A stretch of DNA of 63,966 nt, filler included, from Dicyema japonicum (taxonomy: Eukaryota > Animalia > Dicyemida): NCBI GenBank assembly GCA_011109175.1. It is 4 parts of 4 records of this genome, joined end to end, with 100 filler letters (N's around TTAATTAATTAA, not from the genome) between each part and the next. Parts side by side here need not be neighbours in the genome. Positions count along the whole stretch, not along the records: positions 62,383 to 63,966 come from RDEW01000248.1; 3 more parts are not named here. One strand, given 5' to 3'. Made by a program: the position numbers and the translations under genes. Below the pieces are notes generated by a model. It did no database searches. It was not told the origin of the DNA and was given only the letters and a program-made list of their open reading frames with translations. How positions within the stretch are numbered: the stretch's first letter is position 1; the number at the start of each line of letters is the position of its first letter. This document shows positions 62,640-63,966 of this stretch, piece after piece.

Positions 62640-63290
62640 ATAAGCACGTGTTACTAACTATCTACATAGCAAAGATCTTGTGAATGCCAAAAAGCCTAGT
62701 GGATAGTTCTGTCATTCATGTCACAATTAGCCGTAAGTTGGAATCTCACACCCACCTGGTAAATGGATTCTGTAGTGCAAAACATTTTATTCAAATCCAA
62801 CAAACGAAAATCCACATTAATCTTCTAAATCAGAAATTTCTAAATGGAATNTTATAAACACGTGTTACTAACTTTCGTCATAGCAAAGATCTAGTGGATG
62901 CCAAAAAGCACAGTGGATATTGCTGTCATTCATGTCGCAATTAGCTGTGAGTTCAATTCTCACACCCACCTGGTAGATGGATTCCGTAGTGCAAAATATT
63001 TTATTAAATCCAACAAACGAAATCCACATTAATCTTCTAAATCACAAAATAATAAATGGAATTATAGCACGCAGTGAACGTATATTTCAAAATTGAATTT
63101 AGTTCATCTTAAANAGTTGGATTCTCACACCCACCTGGTAAATGGATTCTGTAGTGCAATACATTCTATTAAAATCCAACAAACGAAAATCCACATTAAT
63201 CTTCTAAATCAGAAATTTCTAAATGGAATTATATCACGCAGTGAATATATATTTCAAAATTGAATTTAGTTCATCTTAAAATTATTTTAG
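62640..63290. repeat. ~200-bp direct repeats (3 diverged copies)
   Basis: CTCACACCCACCTGGTAAATGGATTCTGTAGTGCA...AATCTTCTAAATCA recurs at ~62745, ~62960 and ~63125; two joins carry single Ns. Confidence 0.7.
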
Positions 63291-63626
63291 ATGATTAGTG
63301 GGTTTTTTATCAAAATAGAGGATACAAAAATGAGTAAGGTTGATTGTAAATATTTCAATTTGATATATTTGAGAAATTGAATAAATATTGAAAAAAAACG
63401 ATCACTAGTTCTGTGATCACCTGTATGAACAGATCAGAAAAGTAATCTCAGACAATTTGGTTAAATGGGTTGTAAGAGTTTTTATTTCTTATGTGTTTTT
63501 GACTATATAACAATAGAATCTGGTTTTTAGAAAAGCAAGGTAGAAAAAAGTTAAAACAATACTTGGATTTTCAGGATTTATGTTTTTTAGGAAAAAATTA
63601 AGTTTGTAAGAAAAGACAACGCCTTT

Positions 63627-63966
63627 GTGAAACCAGTCTTACTGTACAACGATGGGATTTGGGGAAGTTCCTTCAACGAACTTTCAGTCTTACTGTGTAA
63701 CGCTGGACTTGGGATTCGTTCCATAGAAGGCAACAAAGAAGCTTACTCAGAATGGAGTGGCCACGTAGAATATCAACCAGTGGTATTTACAACAAGTGTA
63801 TTCCTACATAAGCAAGGATGCGATAGAAGCCCGGTGGATACTATTTGGACATGTATTAATAATGAACCCTGACGCACCCGCTAACTAAACGATGGAAGAT
63901 TACTTTGACAGTTGCGACAAACCCTTCCGTGGACGACCAAGAACGAAACTGCCGATTGTCTTAAAC
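63627..63966 (+). mobile_element. RTE LINE post-RT / 3' region
   Basis: KPVLLYN..IWG, FHRRQQRSLLRMEWP, RWILFGHVL, FRGRPRTKLP. Confidence 0.75.

Overview
AT-rich eukaryotic genomic DNA made of four unrelated scaffolds joined by artificial 44N-TTAATTAATTAA-44N linkers (17678-17777, 32714-32813, 62283-62382), so adjacency across linkers means nothing. Host genes use the standard code and are split by 22-27 nt spliceosomal micro-introns. Together with animal-type genes and a divergent TGA=Trp cox1 insert, this best fits a highly reduced metazoan parasite such as a dicyemid mesozoan (inference, not proven). Recognisable host genes: Rabenosyn-5, two HtrL/YibB-like paralogs, a divergent 14-3-3, SLC25A20, ETFA, BiP/HSPA5 and COMMD4, plus broken or truncated kinesin-5, cathepsin L, Polo-like kinase, MTMR2-like and PIH1D2. 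Most other DNA is transposon debris: CRE, RTE, RLE-type and I/Jockey-like LINEs, Tc1, pogo, Merlin, Ginger/TDD-like integrase elements, Kolobok-like ends, and a terminally complete 2 kb Helitron. The standout is a ~2.9 kb decayed endogenous viral element from a rhabdovirus L gene (11663-14601, minus strand), with capping-domain motifs A-D and the K-D-K-E methyltransferase tetrad. It sits in a scaffold that also holds a cox1 NUMT, a 5S rRNA gene and many TE relics, resembling a piRNA-cluster-like archive. Three frame-restoring GC-AG micro-introns are also notable. Protein assignments come from motif recognition by eye, not database searches.
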